Shown in pieces: positions 38,380 through 48,800 of a DNA stretch of 64,000 nt; position 1 is the first letter of the stretch, and each line of letters starts with the position of its first letter. The position numbers were made by a program, and so were the translations under genes. The notes beneath the pieces were generated by a model, which was given only the letters and a program-made list of their open reading frames with translations, had not been told where the DNA came from and searched no databases. This stretch comes from an uncultured Bacteroidota bacterium (GTDB lineage: Bacteria; Bacteroidota; Bacteroidia; Flavobacteriales; BACL11): positions 4,152-68,151 of the forward strand of contig CACHFI010000001.1 in assembly GCA_902579065.1 (NCBI GenBank). The letters are read 5' to 3'.

Positions 38380-40779
38380 ATGGAATTTAATAAATTAAGA
38401 CCTCATGCAATTATTATCGTTTTATTTGCATTAATTTCATTTTCTTATTTCACTCCTCTACTTGAGGGTAAAAGAATCGATGGACACGATGTAAAGACAT
38501 GGATTGGAATGTCTAAAGAAATTAGTGATCATAGAGAAAAAACTGGAGAAGAAGCACTTTGGACAAACTCTATTTTTTCTGGAATGCCAGCATATCAAAT
38601 ATCTGTTAAATATTCAAACCTTATTAAATATATTGACAAAGCTATTTCATTCGGATTTCCAAGACCAGCTAATCTGCTTTTTCTTTATTTACTTGGGTTT
38701 TATCTTTTACTTGTTTCATTAAATATTGATTATAGAATTGCTGCTCTTGGAGCTTTTGCATATGCTTTTTCTTCCTACTTTTTCATAATTATTCAAGCTG
38801 GTCATATGACAAAAGCTCATGCTATAGCTTATCTTCCAATGGTTGTAGCTGCTGTTTTGTATACTTACAGAGGTAAAATGTTATTGGGTGGAGTTTTGAC
38901 ATCTTTAGCCGTGGCACTACAAATATTTACAAATCATTATCAGATTACATATTATTTGATTTTAATTTTATTATTTGTTGGTTTTACTCAGTTTTATAAA
39001 GATTTTAAAGCAAAAACACTTCCTTCTTTTTTTAAAAAGACTGGAGTTTTATTTTTAGCAGCTTTTTTAGCAGCTGGTACTTCATATACTAGACTGAAAA
39101 CAACAATTGACTATGGCAAAGAAACTACTAGAGGAAAATCAGAGTTAACTAATAATATTGATAATAAAACAAAAGGTTTAGACAAGGATTATGCAACACA
39201 ATGGAGTTATGGTGTAGCAGAATCAATGACACTTTTAATTCCAAATTTTCATGGTGGAAGTAGCATGAGTAGTGTTCTATCAATTGATGATTCACAAACT
39301 TTAGAGTTTCTAAGAAAATTCAGAAATAAAAAATTAGCAAATGCCCTTCAGTTTAAGGCAGGATCATATTGGGGAGAACAGCCAATTGTTTCTGGACCAA
39401 CATATGTTGGAGCCATAGTTATATTTCTATTTATATTGGGGCTGCTGTTAGTGAAAAATGAATTAAGAATATGGATATTGTTGGCTACAATCATGTCTCT
39501 AATGCTAGCTTGGGGTAAGAATTTCATGCCTTTAACAGATTTCTTTCTGGATTATTTTCCTGGATACAATAAATTTAGAGCAGTTTCAATGATTTTAGTA
39601 ATTGCTGAGTTTACAATTCCGTTGTTAGCCTTTGTAGCATTAAATAAATTTCTTTCTTCTAATTCTAAGTTTGAAGATTTAAAGAAATTAAAAATTGCAT
39701 TTTATACCGCAGGAGGTATTACGCTAATTTTTGCACTCTTTCCAAATATGTTTTTAGATTTCTTGTCAGAAAAAGATCTAACACCTATATCTTCTGGAGT
39801 TAAAACTCCTGATGGTTTTCTTGACGGATTAATTGCTGATAGATCCTATTTATTGCAATCTGACTCATGGAGATCCTTTTTATTCATTTTATTATCCTTT
39901 GGTGTTTTATTTGCGTTTATCAAAGAAAAATTAAATAAGAAATATGCTATTTTATTAATTGGAGCATTATTAATAGCTGATATGTGGAACATTAATAAAA
40001 GATATCTTAATGATGAACACTTTGTTAGAAAAAATAAGGTAAAGAATCCATATAAACCTACCCAAGCAGATAATTTTATTTTAAAAGATAAGGATCCTAA
40101 TTTTAGAGTTTTTAATCAAAGTGTTAGTACATTTAATGATGCTAGTACTTCTTACTTTCATAAATCTATTGGAGGTTATCATGGAGCAAAACTTAAACGA
40201 TATCAAGAGCTAATAGAATTTCATATTTCAAGAGGCAATATGAGTGTTTTAAATATGTTAAATACAAAATATTTTATTACTCAAGATGGTCGTGCTCAAA
40301 TCAATGCTGGAGCTCTTGGAAATGTATGGCTTATTGAGGATGTTAAGATTGTAAAAAATGCTGACGAAGAAATTGCGGCTCTCGGCAATTTTGATCCTTC
40401 AAAAACAATCATTGTTGATGAAAGATTTAAAGATAATTTTAACAAGATCAGTTTTTCTTCTTTAGGGTCAATCAATTTAGATTCATATCAACCAAATAAT
40501 TTAAAATACACATCAAATCTAAATGAAGAAGGGTTAGCAATTTTTTCTGAAATATATTATAAAGACGGTTGGAATGCTTATATAGATGGGGTAAAAACTG
40601 AACATTTTAGAGCTAATTATGTTTTAAGAGCCATGAAAATTCCAGCTGGTAATCATACTATTGAATTTAAGTTTGAACCTTCAGTTTTTATTAGTGGTGA
40701 AAAAATTTCTTTAGCTTCATCCATTTCTTTAATACTCCTTTTAATTTTTGCTTGTTATAGGGAGTTTAAATTAAAATGA
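38380..40779 (+). CDS. YfhO-family polytopic membrane protein (GT-C-like glycosyltransferase candidate)
   Basis: 799 aa with more than 10 TM helices. The N-terminus (LEGKRIDGHDVKTWIGMSKEISDHREKTGEEALWTNSIFSGMPAYQIS) is typical of Bacteroidota YfhO proteins. Confidence 0.7.
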   Translation: MEFNKLRPHAIIIVLFALISFSYFTPLLEGKRIDGHDVKTWIGMSKEISDHREKTGEEALWTNSIFSGMPAYQISVKYSNLIKYIDKAISFGFPRPANLLFLYLLGFYLLLVSLNIDYRIAALGAFAYAFSSYFFIIIQAGHMTKAHAIAYLPMVVAAVLYTYRGKMLLGGVLTSLAVALQIFTNHYQITYYLILILLFVGFTQFYKDFKAKTLPSFFKKTGVLFLAAFLAAGTSYTRLKTTIDYGKETTRGKSELTNNIDNKTKGLDKDYATQWSYGVAESMTLLIPNFHGGSSMSSVLSIDDSQTLEFLRKFRNKKLANALQFKAGSYWGEQPIVSGPTYVGAIVIFLFILGLLLVKNELRIWILLATIMSLMLAWGKNFMPLTDFFLDYFPGYNKFRAVSMILVIAEFTIPLLAFVALNKFLSSNSKFEDLKKLKIAFYTAGGITLIFALFPNMFLDFLSEKDLTPISSGVKTPDGFLDGLIADRSYLLQSDSWRSFLFILLSFGVLFAFIKEKLNKKYAILLIGALLIADMWNINKRYLNDEHFVRKNKVKNPYKPTQADNFILKDKDPNFRVFNQSVSTFNDASTSYFHKSIGGYHGAKLKRYQELIEFHISRGNMSVLNMLNTKYFITQDGRAQINAGALGNVWLIEDVKIVKNADEEIAALGNFDPSKTIIVDERFKDNFNKISFSSLGSINLDSYQPNNLKYTSNLNEEGLAIFSEIYYKDGWNAYIDGVKTEHFRANYVLRAMKIPAGNHTIEFKFEPSVFISGEKISLASSISLILLLIFACYREFKLK

Positions 40780-42053
40780 AAAAGATTCTAATTATTTCAT
40801 ATTATTGGCCTCCAAATACTGGCTCTGGTGTTCAACGATGGTTGAAGTTTAGTAAATATTTAGTGGATTATAATTGGTTACCAATAATAGTTACGCCAAA
40901 AAATCCATACATTGAGTTAAAGGATTCTGAATTACTTAATGATGTTTCTGATAAAATTAAAGTAATAAAACTTCCAATTTGGGAGCCTTACTCTTTTAAA
41001 GACAAATTATTTGGAAAAGACAAAAAATCTCAAACTTCGGGTTTAATTTCAAAGGAAAACACATTTAAAGATAAACTTCTTAATTGGGTTAGAGGAAATT
41101 TATTTATCCCAGATCCAAAAAAATATTGGGTTAATCCTACAGTAAATAATCTTAAAAAAATAATAAAAGAACAAAAGATTAATTATATTGTCTCTACAGG
41201 ACCCCCTCATTCTATGCATTTAATTGCGTTGAAACTAAAGAAAATTTTTAGTGACCTAAATTGGATTGCTGATTTTAGAGATCCATGGACTAATTTGGAT
41301 ATTTTGAATGATTTTAATTTGTCTAAAAGATCTTTAAAAATTCATAAAAGTTTAGAGAATAATGTTTTAAAAAATGCAGATTTAGTTCTTACTGTTGGAG
41401 AGAGATGGGCAGCAGATTTTAAAGATTTAGGAGCAAAAAATGTTAAGGTCATTACTAATGGTTATGATAATGATGATTTTAAAGATTTTAAAGCTTTAGA
41501 TACTGATAAATTTATTTTAGGGCACTATGGTATAATGAATCATCTCAGAAACCCTTCTAATTTATGGAAAGCATTAAATGAACTATGCCTAGAGAATAAT
41601 GATTTTAATAAAAGTTTAGAAATTAGATTGTCAGGTAATATTGATAAAAATATTCTAAATGAAATAAGTAAATATCCATTTTTGAACTCTAAACTAGTTA
41701 ATTTAGGTTTTCTTAATCATAAAAAAGTCATTAAAGAATACTCTATGGCTAGTCTTTTATTACTATTATTGTTTGATTCAAAGAGCGGTGAGGGAAATTA
41801 TCCAGGAAAATTATTTGAATATATAGCAACAAAAAAACCTATTTTATCATTTGGACCAACAGAAAGCGATGTTAAAAATATTTTAAAAAATGGTTTTGGA
41901 ATTTATCATGCATATAATGGTGACGTTAATTCAATAAAAGAAAATATTTTATCTGTCTATAATCATAAGTATGTAAATAAAGGTTTAGATTCAACAAAAT
42001 ATTCTAGAAAAAATTTGACAAAAGAATTGGTTAAAATTTTAGAGGAACTGTAA
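40776..42053 (+). CDS. Glycosyltransferase (GT-B fold, GT4-like)
   Basis: The N-terminus KILIISYYWPPNTGSGVQRW and the C-terminal E..PGKLFEYIA motif are typical of the family. It overlaps yfhO by 4 nt. Confidence 0.75.
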   Translation: MKKILIISYYWPPNTGSGVQRWLKFSKYLVDYNWLPIIVTPKNPYIELKDSELLNDVSDKIKVIKLPIWEPYSFKDKLFGKDKKSQTSGLISKENTFKDKLLNWVRGNLFIPDPKKYWVNPTVNNLKKIIKEQKINYIVSTGPPHSMHLIALKLKKIFSDLNWIADFRDPWTNLDILNDFNLSKRSLKIHKSLENNVLKNADLVLTVGERWAADFKDLGAKNVKVITNGYDNDDFKDFKALDTDKFILGHYGIMNHLRNPSNLWKALNELCLENNDFNKSLEIRLSGNIDKNILNEISKYPFLNSKLVNLGFLNHKKVIKEYSMASLLLLLLFDSKSGEGNYPGKLFEYIATKKPILSFGPTESDVKNILKNGFGIYHAYNGDVNSIKENILSVYNHKYVNKGLDSTKYSRKNLTKELVKILEEL

Positions 42054-43513
42054 TGGGAGTTATTAGAAAACAAAGTATTAGTAATTCAATTATTTTCTAT
42101 TTGGGAATGACAATTGGAGCAATTAATACAGTTTTAATTTATCCTAATGTTTTTAATGATCAACCAGAACACTGGGGTCTTATTCAATTGATAGTTGCTT
42201 ATGGTTTAGTATTATCCACATTTACATCTTTTGGAATTCCAAAAGTTCTTTTGAAGTTTTTTCCAACTTACAGAGATAAATCAAAACTTTTGACATATAG
42301 TTTATTGATCCCCTCTTTTGGATTAATATCTGTTTTTATAATTTATTTATTTTTTAAAAATGAAATTTTTATTGCATTTAAAATGGATCCGCTTCTTCAA
42401 GAAAATTTCATATATGTTTTTGTTTTAATTTTTTGTATTTCATTTTATGAGATTTTTTCGGCTCTTTCTAGATCATTTCTAGATGCAATAACACCAGTTG
42501 TTTTGAATGAGTTTTTTTTAAAAAGTTACACATTAATTATATTACTTTTTCATGGGTTCAAGTTTATTGATTTTTCAACTTTTTTGATTTTATATATTTC
42601 TGGATATTTAATTAAATTATTTATACTTTCTATTATTAATTTTTACAATAAAAGACTTTCATTTACTTTAAAATTATCTGATCTAAATTATAGCGAATTA
42701 TTCAAATTTGGTTTGTACGTTTTTGCAGGTGGTTTATCAATTATGATTGTTACTAGACTAGATATGCTAATGATTGGGTATTTATTAGATCTCGAGCAAG
42801 TTGCATTTTACACATTAGCGTTTTATATTGGAAATGCAATAGCAATTCCAGGAAGATCTGTTATTTCAATATCTGTTCCTCTCATTTCTAAAGCTTGGGA
42901 AAATCAAGATATTAATGAAATTGATATGATATATTCAAAATCAGCTATTAATCAATTAATTGTTTCTGGACTTTTATTTTTGGTAGTTTGGTTAAATATT
43001 GATGACGTTCTTTCATTATTACCAGAAAAGTTTTCTTATGGGAAATGGGTCGTTTTTTATATTGGGTTAGCTCAGCTTGTAAATATGTCATGTGGCGTAA
43101 ATGGTGCAATAATTGTTAATTCTAAGTATTATAAATATGACTTATATACTAACCTTATTCTTCTAGCTATAACAATATTGTTAAATTTTCTTTTGATTCC
43201 AATTTTTGGAATAAATGGTGCAGCTATGGCAACTGCTTTTTCAATTATCTTCTTTAACCTTATTAGATTGATAATTATTTATAATAAGATTCAAATACAG
43301 CCATTTTCTTTAAAAACCTTATTAACTATTATACTATTAATATTAGTTTATTTAATATGCTTTAATCTTGATTTTGATAATGTCTTTATAAGTATAGTTG
43401 TCAAAACAATATTGTCAGCAACTTTATTTATTTCAATTTGTATTAAAGCTAATTTATCAGATGATATAAATAAATTAATTAGTGATGTTTATTTAAGAAT
43501 ATTTAAAAAATAG
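42053..43513 (+). CDS. MOP-superfamily polysaccharide/oligosaccharide flippase (Wzx-like)
   Basis: 486 aa with about 12-14 TM helices and the typical Wzx/polysaccharide-biosynthesis-protein layout. Confidence 0.7.
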   Translation: MGVIRKQSISNSIIFYLGMTIGAINTVLIYPNVFNDQPEHWGLIQLIVAYGLVLSTFTSFGIPKVLLKFFPTYRDKSKLLTYSLLIPSFGLISVFIIYLFFKNEIFIAFKMDPLLQENFIYVFVLIFCISFYEIFSALSRSFLDAITPVVLNEFFLKSYTLIILLFHGFKFIDFSTFLILYISGYLIKLFILSIINFYNKRLSFTLKLSDLNYSELFKFGLYVFAGGLSIMIVTRLDMLMIGYLLDLEQVAFYTLAFYIGNAIAIPGRSVISISVPLISKAWENQDINEIDMIYSKSAINQLIVSGLLFLVVWLNIDDVLSLLPEKFSYGKWVVFYIGLAQLVNMSCGVNGAIIVNSKYYKYDLYTNLILLAITILLNFLLIPIFGINGAAMATAFSIIFFNLIRLIIIYNKIQIQPFSLKTLLTIILLILVYLICFNLDFDNVFISIVVKTILSATLFISICIKANLSDDINKLISDVYLRIFKK

Positions 43514-44405
43514 CTTTTACTATTCCGCGAATTATCCAATAAGATTTTAAAAATTTAAATTTGTGATTTGGTATAAAGAATTGAAGAACTAGACTAAATA
43601 AAAGTTTCAAAAATTGAATGAATACTTTAATTTTTAAAATTATTATTGATGTTATTAGGTTTTCATGAAAAAGAGTTCTTTTAGCAAATTGATTTGCATT
43701 TAAAATTATTCTTTCTTTTAAATATTCCTTTTCAAGTTTGTAATAGGCTTCAGAATGTGTAATACTCATTTCAGAAATATTATAAAGTTTAACATCTTTA
43801 TTTTTCTTTATTAATTTGTAAAAGAAGTCTGGTTCCTCTCCAAGTCCAAGATTCCCGCCAGTCATACCAATTTCTGTGTTAAATTTTTCACTTTTTAAAA
43901 AAAGTTTTTTTGCAATACACATATTTCCTCCTGAAAACCCTTCTTTTGATTTAATTGTTCCTAAAAAACCATCAGAAACCTTAAATTCCCTTACAAAATA
44001 ATTTTTGTCAATCCATTTTTCAGGTTCATTTTCAAATTTTGGATATATTGGACCTCCGTAAATTATATTTTCATTTTGATTTTTAAGTTCATTTAAAAGC
44101 GCTTCAAGCCAATTCTTATTAATTACTGCATCATCATCAACAAATGCTAAAAACATACCTTTACATACTTCAAATGAAAGATTTCGAGCAAAGCTAATTC
44201 CTTGCCTTTTTTCAATAAAATAATTCACTTCGGGAAACTTCTTTTGTAATTCAGTTACGTAATCTTTGGTTGTATCAGTACTATTATTATCAATTATATT
44301 TATTTCTATAATCTTACTCCCTTGTGTTTGATCTAAAATAGATTTTAAACATTTTTTTAAATATTCAATTCTATTATATGTACAAATAGTTATGCTGAGA
44401 ACCAT
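43503..44405 (-). CDS. Glycosyltransferase family 2
   Basis: Has the GT-A N-terminus LSITICTYNR...L.SIL.QT and a DDD motif (FVDDDAVI). Confidence 0.82.
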   Translation of the reverse strand: MVLSITICTYNRIEYLKKCLKSILDQTQGSKIIEINIIDNNSTDTTKDYVTELQKKFPEVNYFIEKRQGISFARNLSFEVCKGMFLAFVDDDAVINKNWLEALLNELKNQNENIIYGGPIYPKFENEPEKWIDKNYFVREFKVSDGFLGTIKSKEGFSGGNMCIAKKLFLKSEKFNTEIGMTGGNLGLGEEPDFFYKLIKKNKDVKLYNISEMSITHSEAYYKLEKEYLKERIILNANQFAKRTLFHENLITSIIILKIKVFIQFLKLLFSLVLQFFIPNHKFKFLKSYWIIRGIVKAIF

Positions 44406-45073
44406 TCTTTTATTTTTTTTAGAATAAATTCTCTGTATGATTTTAACTTAGTGTTTTTTACAAAATCTTTTTCTATTATTCTCTCATTTTTAAATGAAAT
44501 AAAATCTAAAATTTCATTTTTTGTTTTAGAAGTATTAAAATTTGAGAGATTCCAAATTTTAATGTTATTAGGATATTTTAATTTTAGATTTTTTGTGGTT
44601 TTAATATAATCATCATAATATTTCTCAATAGCTTTTTGTTTATCTTTTATTGGATATTTAGGAAAACAAGGATCCCACCTTTCATCTAGATTCCAATCTT
44701 CTCCATTATGAGAATACCAATGATTTCTTCCTTGAGTTTTTTTAAGAAAACTATCAATTACCTCTTTTTTTCCCCTCTCTAATCCTATTATCTTAACATT
44801 ATTGTATTTTTTTATAATTAAATCAATATAGGGCAGGAAGTACATGCCAGTATCTCCAATAAAATCTATATTATCATCGTAGTTAATAAGGTAATCTAGC
44901 CATTTAAATAGTTCATCATCATCATTTTTCCATTTAATTAGTTTTCTTATTTTTTCCTTTTCTAATCTTCCTTCATGTAAAACTAACATGTTTTTTTGTG
45001 CTGATAAAAATGATGACAATGAAGCACTTCCGCTTCTTCCTGTTCCAATTGATATAATTAATTGTTTTTGCAC
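44390..45073 (-). CDS. Sulfotransferase-like P-loop protein (227 aa)
   Basis: The N-terminal LIISIGTGRSGSASL resembles the 5'-phosphosulfate-binding loop of PAPS sulfotransferases. The rest of the protein is divergent. Confidence 0.45.
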   Translation of the reverse strand: MQKQLIISIGTGRSGSASLSSFLSAQKNMLVLHEGRLEKEKIRKLIKWKNDDDELFKWLDYLINYDDNIDFIGDTGMYFLPYIDLIIKKYNNVKIIGLERGKKEVIDSFLKKTQGRNHWYSHNGEDWNLDERWDPCFPKYPIKDKQKAIEKYYDDYIKTTKNLKLKYPNNIKIWNLSNFNTSKTKNEILDFISFKNERIIEKDFVKNTKLKSYREFILKKIKEWFSA

Positions 45074-45074
45074 T

Positions 45075-45824
45075 TTAATAATCTATTAAACTATACCCAA
45101 AACTATTTACTTCATCTTCATATTTTTCAATAATTCCTCTAATCTTTCTTTTTGTAAAAAAGCTATTCTTTTTTTTCTCCCACATTTTAAAATATTTTTG
45201 ATTTATACCACCTCTGATTTCAACTTCAGTATTTATTATTTTAGTTTTTATAAATTCTGAAATTAATTTAAGAGTTTCATCTGTATTGTTAATTAAATCT
45301 TCATATCTAAAATTTATTGATCTTTTTAATTTTTTTTGATCATTATTGTAAATTTTGTGACAAACTATCCAATGATCAATCAATGATTCAAGTGATGTTT
45401 TAGACCATTTCTGTGTTGCTAATGAAGTTGCAATAGGGTGCCTAGTTATATTTATAAAATAACTATTTGGAAACATTTCTTGAAGGAACCTTGATTTTAA
45501 AATATTTGGAGGTGATTTTTCAACTAAATATTTCTTTTCAATGTTCCAATATTTTGACCATTCTTTAAATAACTTATTTCTATTCTTTTCGTTTATCAGA
45601 ATTGATGTTTCATTAAGTTGAGATTCTTTATTAAAACCAAATCTGCCAACACCACCAAAATTATATGCCGGCAAATAAACACTTTGTACAAATTGACCTT
45701 CATCTTCAATTTCATTAGTATTTGTTAAAGCAGAAAAATTCTCTTGTGTATCAAGGATTTTGTAAAATAGTGATGTTCCACTTCTGTGTAGGCCAGAAAT
45801 AAAGATGAAAATTTTATTCTCCAT
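45075..45824 (-). CDS. Sulfotransferase-family protein (249 aa)
   Basis: Has a 5'-PSB loop (IFISGLHRSGTSL) and a 3'-phosphate-binding-like ITRHPIATSLA (R-x-P...S) block. Confidence 0.7.
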   Translation of the reverse strand: MENKIFIFISGLHRSGTSLFYKILDTQENFSALTNTNEIEDEGQFVQSVYLPAYNFGGVGRFGFNKESQLNETSILINEKNRNKLFKEWSKYWNIEKKYLVEKSPPNILKSRFLQEMFPNSYFINITRHPIATSLATQKWSKTSLESLIDHWIVCHKIYNNDQKKLKRSINFRYEDLINNTDETLKLISEFIKTKIINTEVEIRGGINQKYFKMWEKKKNSFFTKRKIRGIIEKYEDEVNSFGYSLIDY

Positions 45825-45826
45825 TT

Positions 45827-48800
45827 TTAGAATAATTTATTTACACCAAATAACCACCTAAACTCTAAATATTCTTCATTTGCTGGTGGTCTGTTAAGAA
45901 AAAATGGAATATCTAATCTAAGAATAAGAGGTTTCATTTTGTATAATGGTTTTAATGAATATGTAATTCCAACACCTGCATCAGCTCTTAGATCAGTAAA
46001 AATTTCAGTGAAATTAGAACTATTAATATCTTTATTTGAAATAATTCCTGCATCTCCAAAAATATATGGTTTTAATTCATTGTTCATTAAGTGTATATGA
46101 AAATATTTTGATAAATCAATTTCTAAATTTATCGCTACACCACTTTTACCAGAATAATTAAATGATTCTATATTTCCATTCTCTTCTTGAGGAATCAAAT
46201 ATCCTGCATAACCTCTTAGATTTAATCCACCACTATGATGAAAATTATTTAATGTAGAGCCAAACCCAATATATTCATTTGGAATATAGCCTGTTGATCT
46301 TGTAAATTCATTATTCATTAAATCTTCATTATTACCTCCTGCAAAATATAACTTGCTTTCAGATGCCCAATTATCACCAGTTCCTATTTGTACAAATATT
46401 CTTGATTTTAGCTTTAAATCAAAAATAGAAGCGTTATTAATGTTTTTTAGTATAAATTTATTGTAGTTGTAATCTGAAAATAATGCAGAACTCATAGTGC
46501 TTAATTCAATTTCTCCTGAAATTTCATTAATCTTATATTTATGTTCTAACGATAAATCTATTCTGTTATTAAATTTATTTATATCCCAATACTCAGGATA
46601 TAACATATAATTTTCTCCTTTCGTCCTATAATATGATAGTAAACCAATTTCAATTTTACTTTTTTTATCTAATGTGTATTTTGAAAATGATATTTTATTT
46701 GTGTGTAAACCAGCTATAAAATCACTTTTTAATCCAACTCTGGCATATTTCATATAGTTGTCAAGATTTGTATTGTAATTAAGTTTATATGAATATAAAT
46801 CATAATTTTCTTTGTTTGTTAAATCTTCGTTTTGTAACTGTCCTGAATTAATCCAAAAATTAAAATCAAATAAATGATGATGATTTAGATAACCTCCATT
46901 TAGATTGACACCAATTTTTAATCCATCGTATGAATTCCACCAAAAATTGGGTCTATATTTGATTTCATAATTTCTCCAATCAGCTCTTTGATATAAAAGA
47001 TGATCGTAACTATATGTTTTGTTGATACTAGTACTATTGTCAGGCATATATATGTCTCCAAATCTAGTTGTGGGATCAATTATAACTTCTTTTATTCCTG
47101 TAGGTATGTCTAATGATATTTCGTATTTAGGGTTTAATTTGTCCCAGCCATGCCATTTTGGAAGAATTTCAGCATCAGTTTTTTTAACAAACCAGTTATT
47201 TGGAATATGATAATTATATTTTTTTAAATCATTTCCTATTACTGTAAAATCAATTGGCATTTGCATTCTTGATTTTCTTTTAAATATAATTATATCAGAA
47301 TCTTCATTCTTTTTAAGTTTTACAGAATAATCTAATCTTTTATCTGTATCTAACCACTGATCAAAAAACCAGTTTAGATCAACATTTGTATATTGAATAA
47401 TTGCATTTCTAAAATCTTCATTATATGGATGAGCTATTTTCCAGGTATTAAAATAATATTTCATCGCATCTAAAAATAATTCATCTCCTAACACATATTG
47501 AAGGTTATATAGCATAGTCGCTGTTTTATAATACACTTGTCTATATCCTCCACCATGACCTAGTGCACCATTAAAACAATCTGAATGAGTTGAGATGATT
47601 GGATCAGTTTTTCTAGTAGCTGATTCAATATATGCATTATAGACCTCAGTATCTATAGCTTTTTGAGGTTTATGAAATCTTTTTCTATAACTGTTTTTTG
47701 GTAAATCCTCCACTACATTTTCTCCATCAATTTCTATCATTGCCCATGCTGTAAGGAATTCTGTAAAGCCTTCATCTAGTAAAGCTCGATATGTTTCATT
47801 ATTTCCTACCTGACCAAAGAACCACATATGTCCAATTTCATGAGCTAGTAAATCCCTATAGCCTGGATCAGTACCACTGTCTAGAGTTATCATTGGATAC
47901 TCCATACCATCTCTTGCATCAGCAACAATAACTTTATGCCAAACATATCTTCCAAAATCTTCAGAAAAGACTCTCAAGCATTCTGCTCCAAAATCAGCTG
48001 CATTTTGCCATTTACTTGCATGTGGTTCTTGAACAAGAGAATAGCATACTTTGTCTTCCCATCGTGATTCACCAATTCTATAAGTTGGATCAGCAGTAAA
48101 TGCAAAATCATGTACATTTTCAGCATGATATTTCCAAGTTTTATGATCCTCTTTATTATATTCTATTATTGTTGAAGGAGGTGAATTAAAGGGTTTATCT
48201 TTAAAGTTTTTTACATCAAGCTTATCTCGTAAATCTTTTGGTAAAACTTCATCTCTATTAAGTAGGTTTCCTGTAGCTTCTACAATGAAATTGGATGCAA
48301 AAGTTAATTCAACATCAAAAGTTCCAAAGTTTCCATAGAATTCTCTCCCTAGATGTTGGTCAGTTGTCCATCCAAATTTAGCATCGTAAACTGAAATTCT
48401 CGGATACCAATGAACCCCATTATAGTGTCTATAGCCCCATGCATCGTATGATTTCATTCGTCTTCTAACTTCACCGCTATCAAAATATGTTTTGAATTTT
48501 ATTTCAAATGTTATTTTATCATTTGGAACCAATGGTTCAATTAAATAAACTTTTAAAATCGTATTGTCAAGTTCACTTTTAAGGTTCATTCCACTAATAG
48601 TTATTTTTTCTACTGTTGTTCCTAATTTTTTTGATTCGTATTTGCCATATTTTGGATTTTTTCCATTTTCTTTTTGCAGTTTATCATAATATGAATCTGG
48701 TTGAAAAGCATTTTGATATAAATGAAAGTAAACAAAATACAGTGTGTCTGGAGAATTATTCCAATAGGTTAGTTCTTCGTAGGCATCAATAATATCTGTT

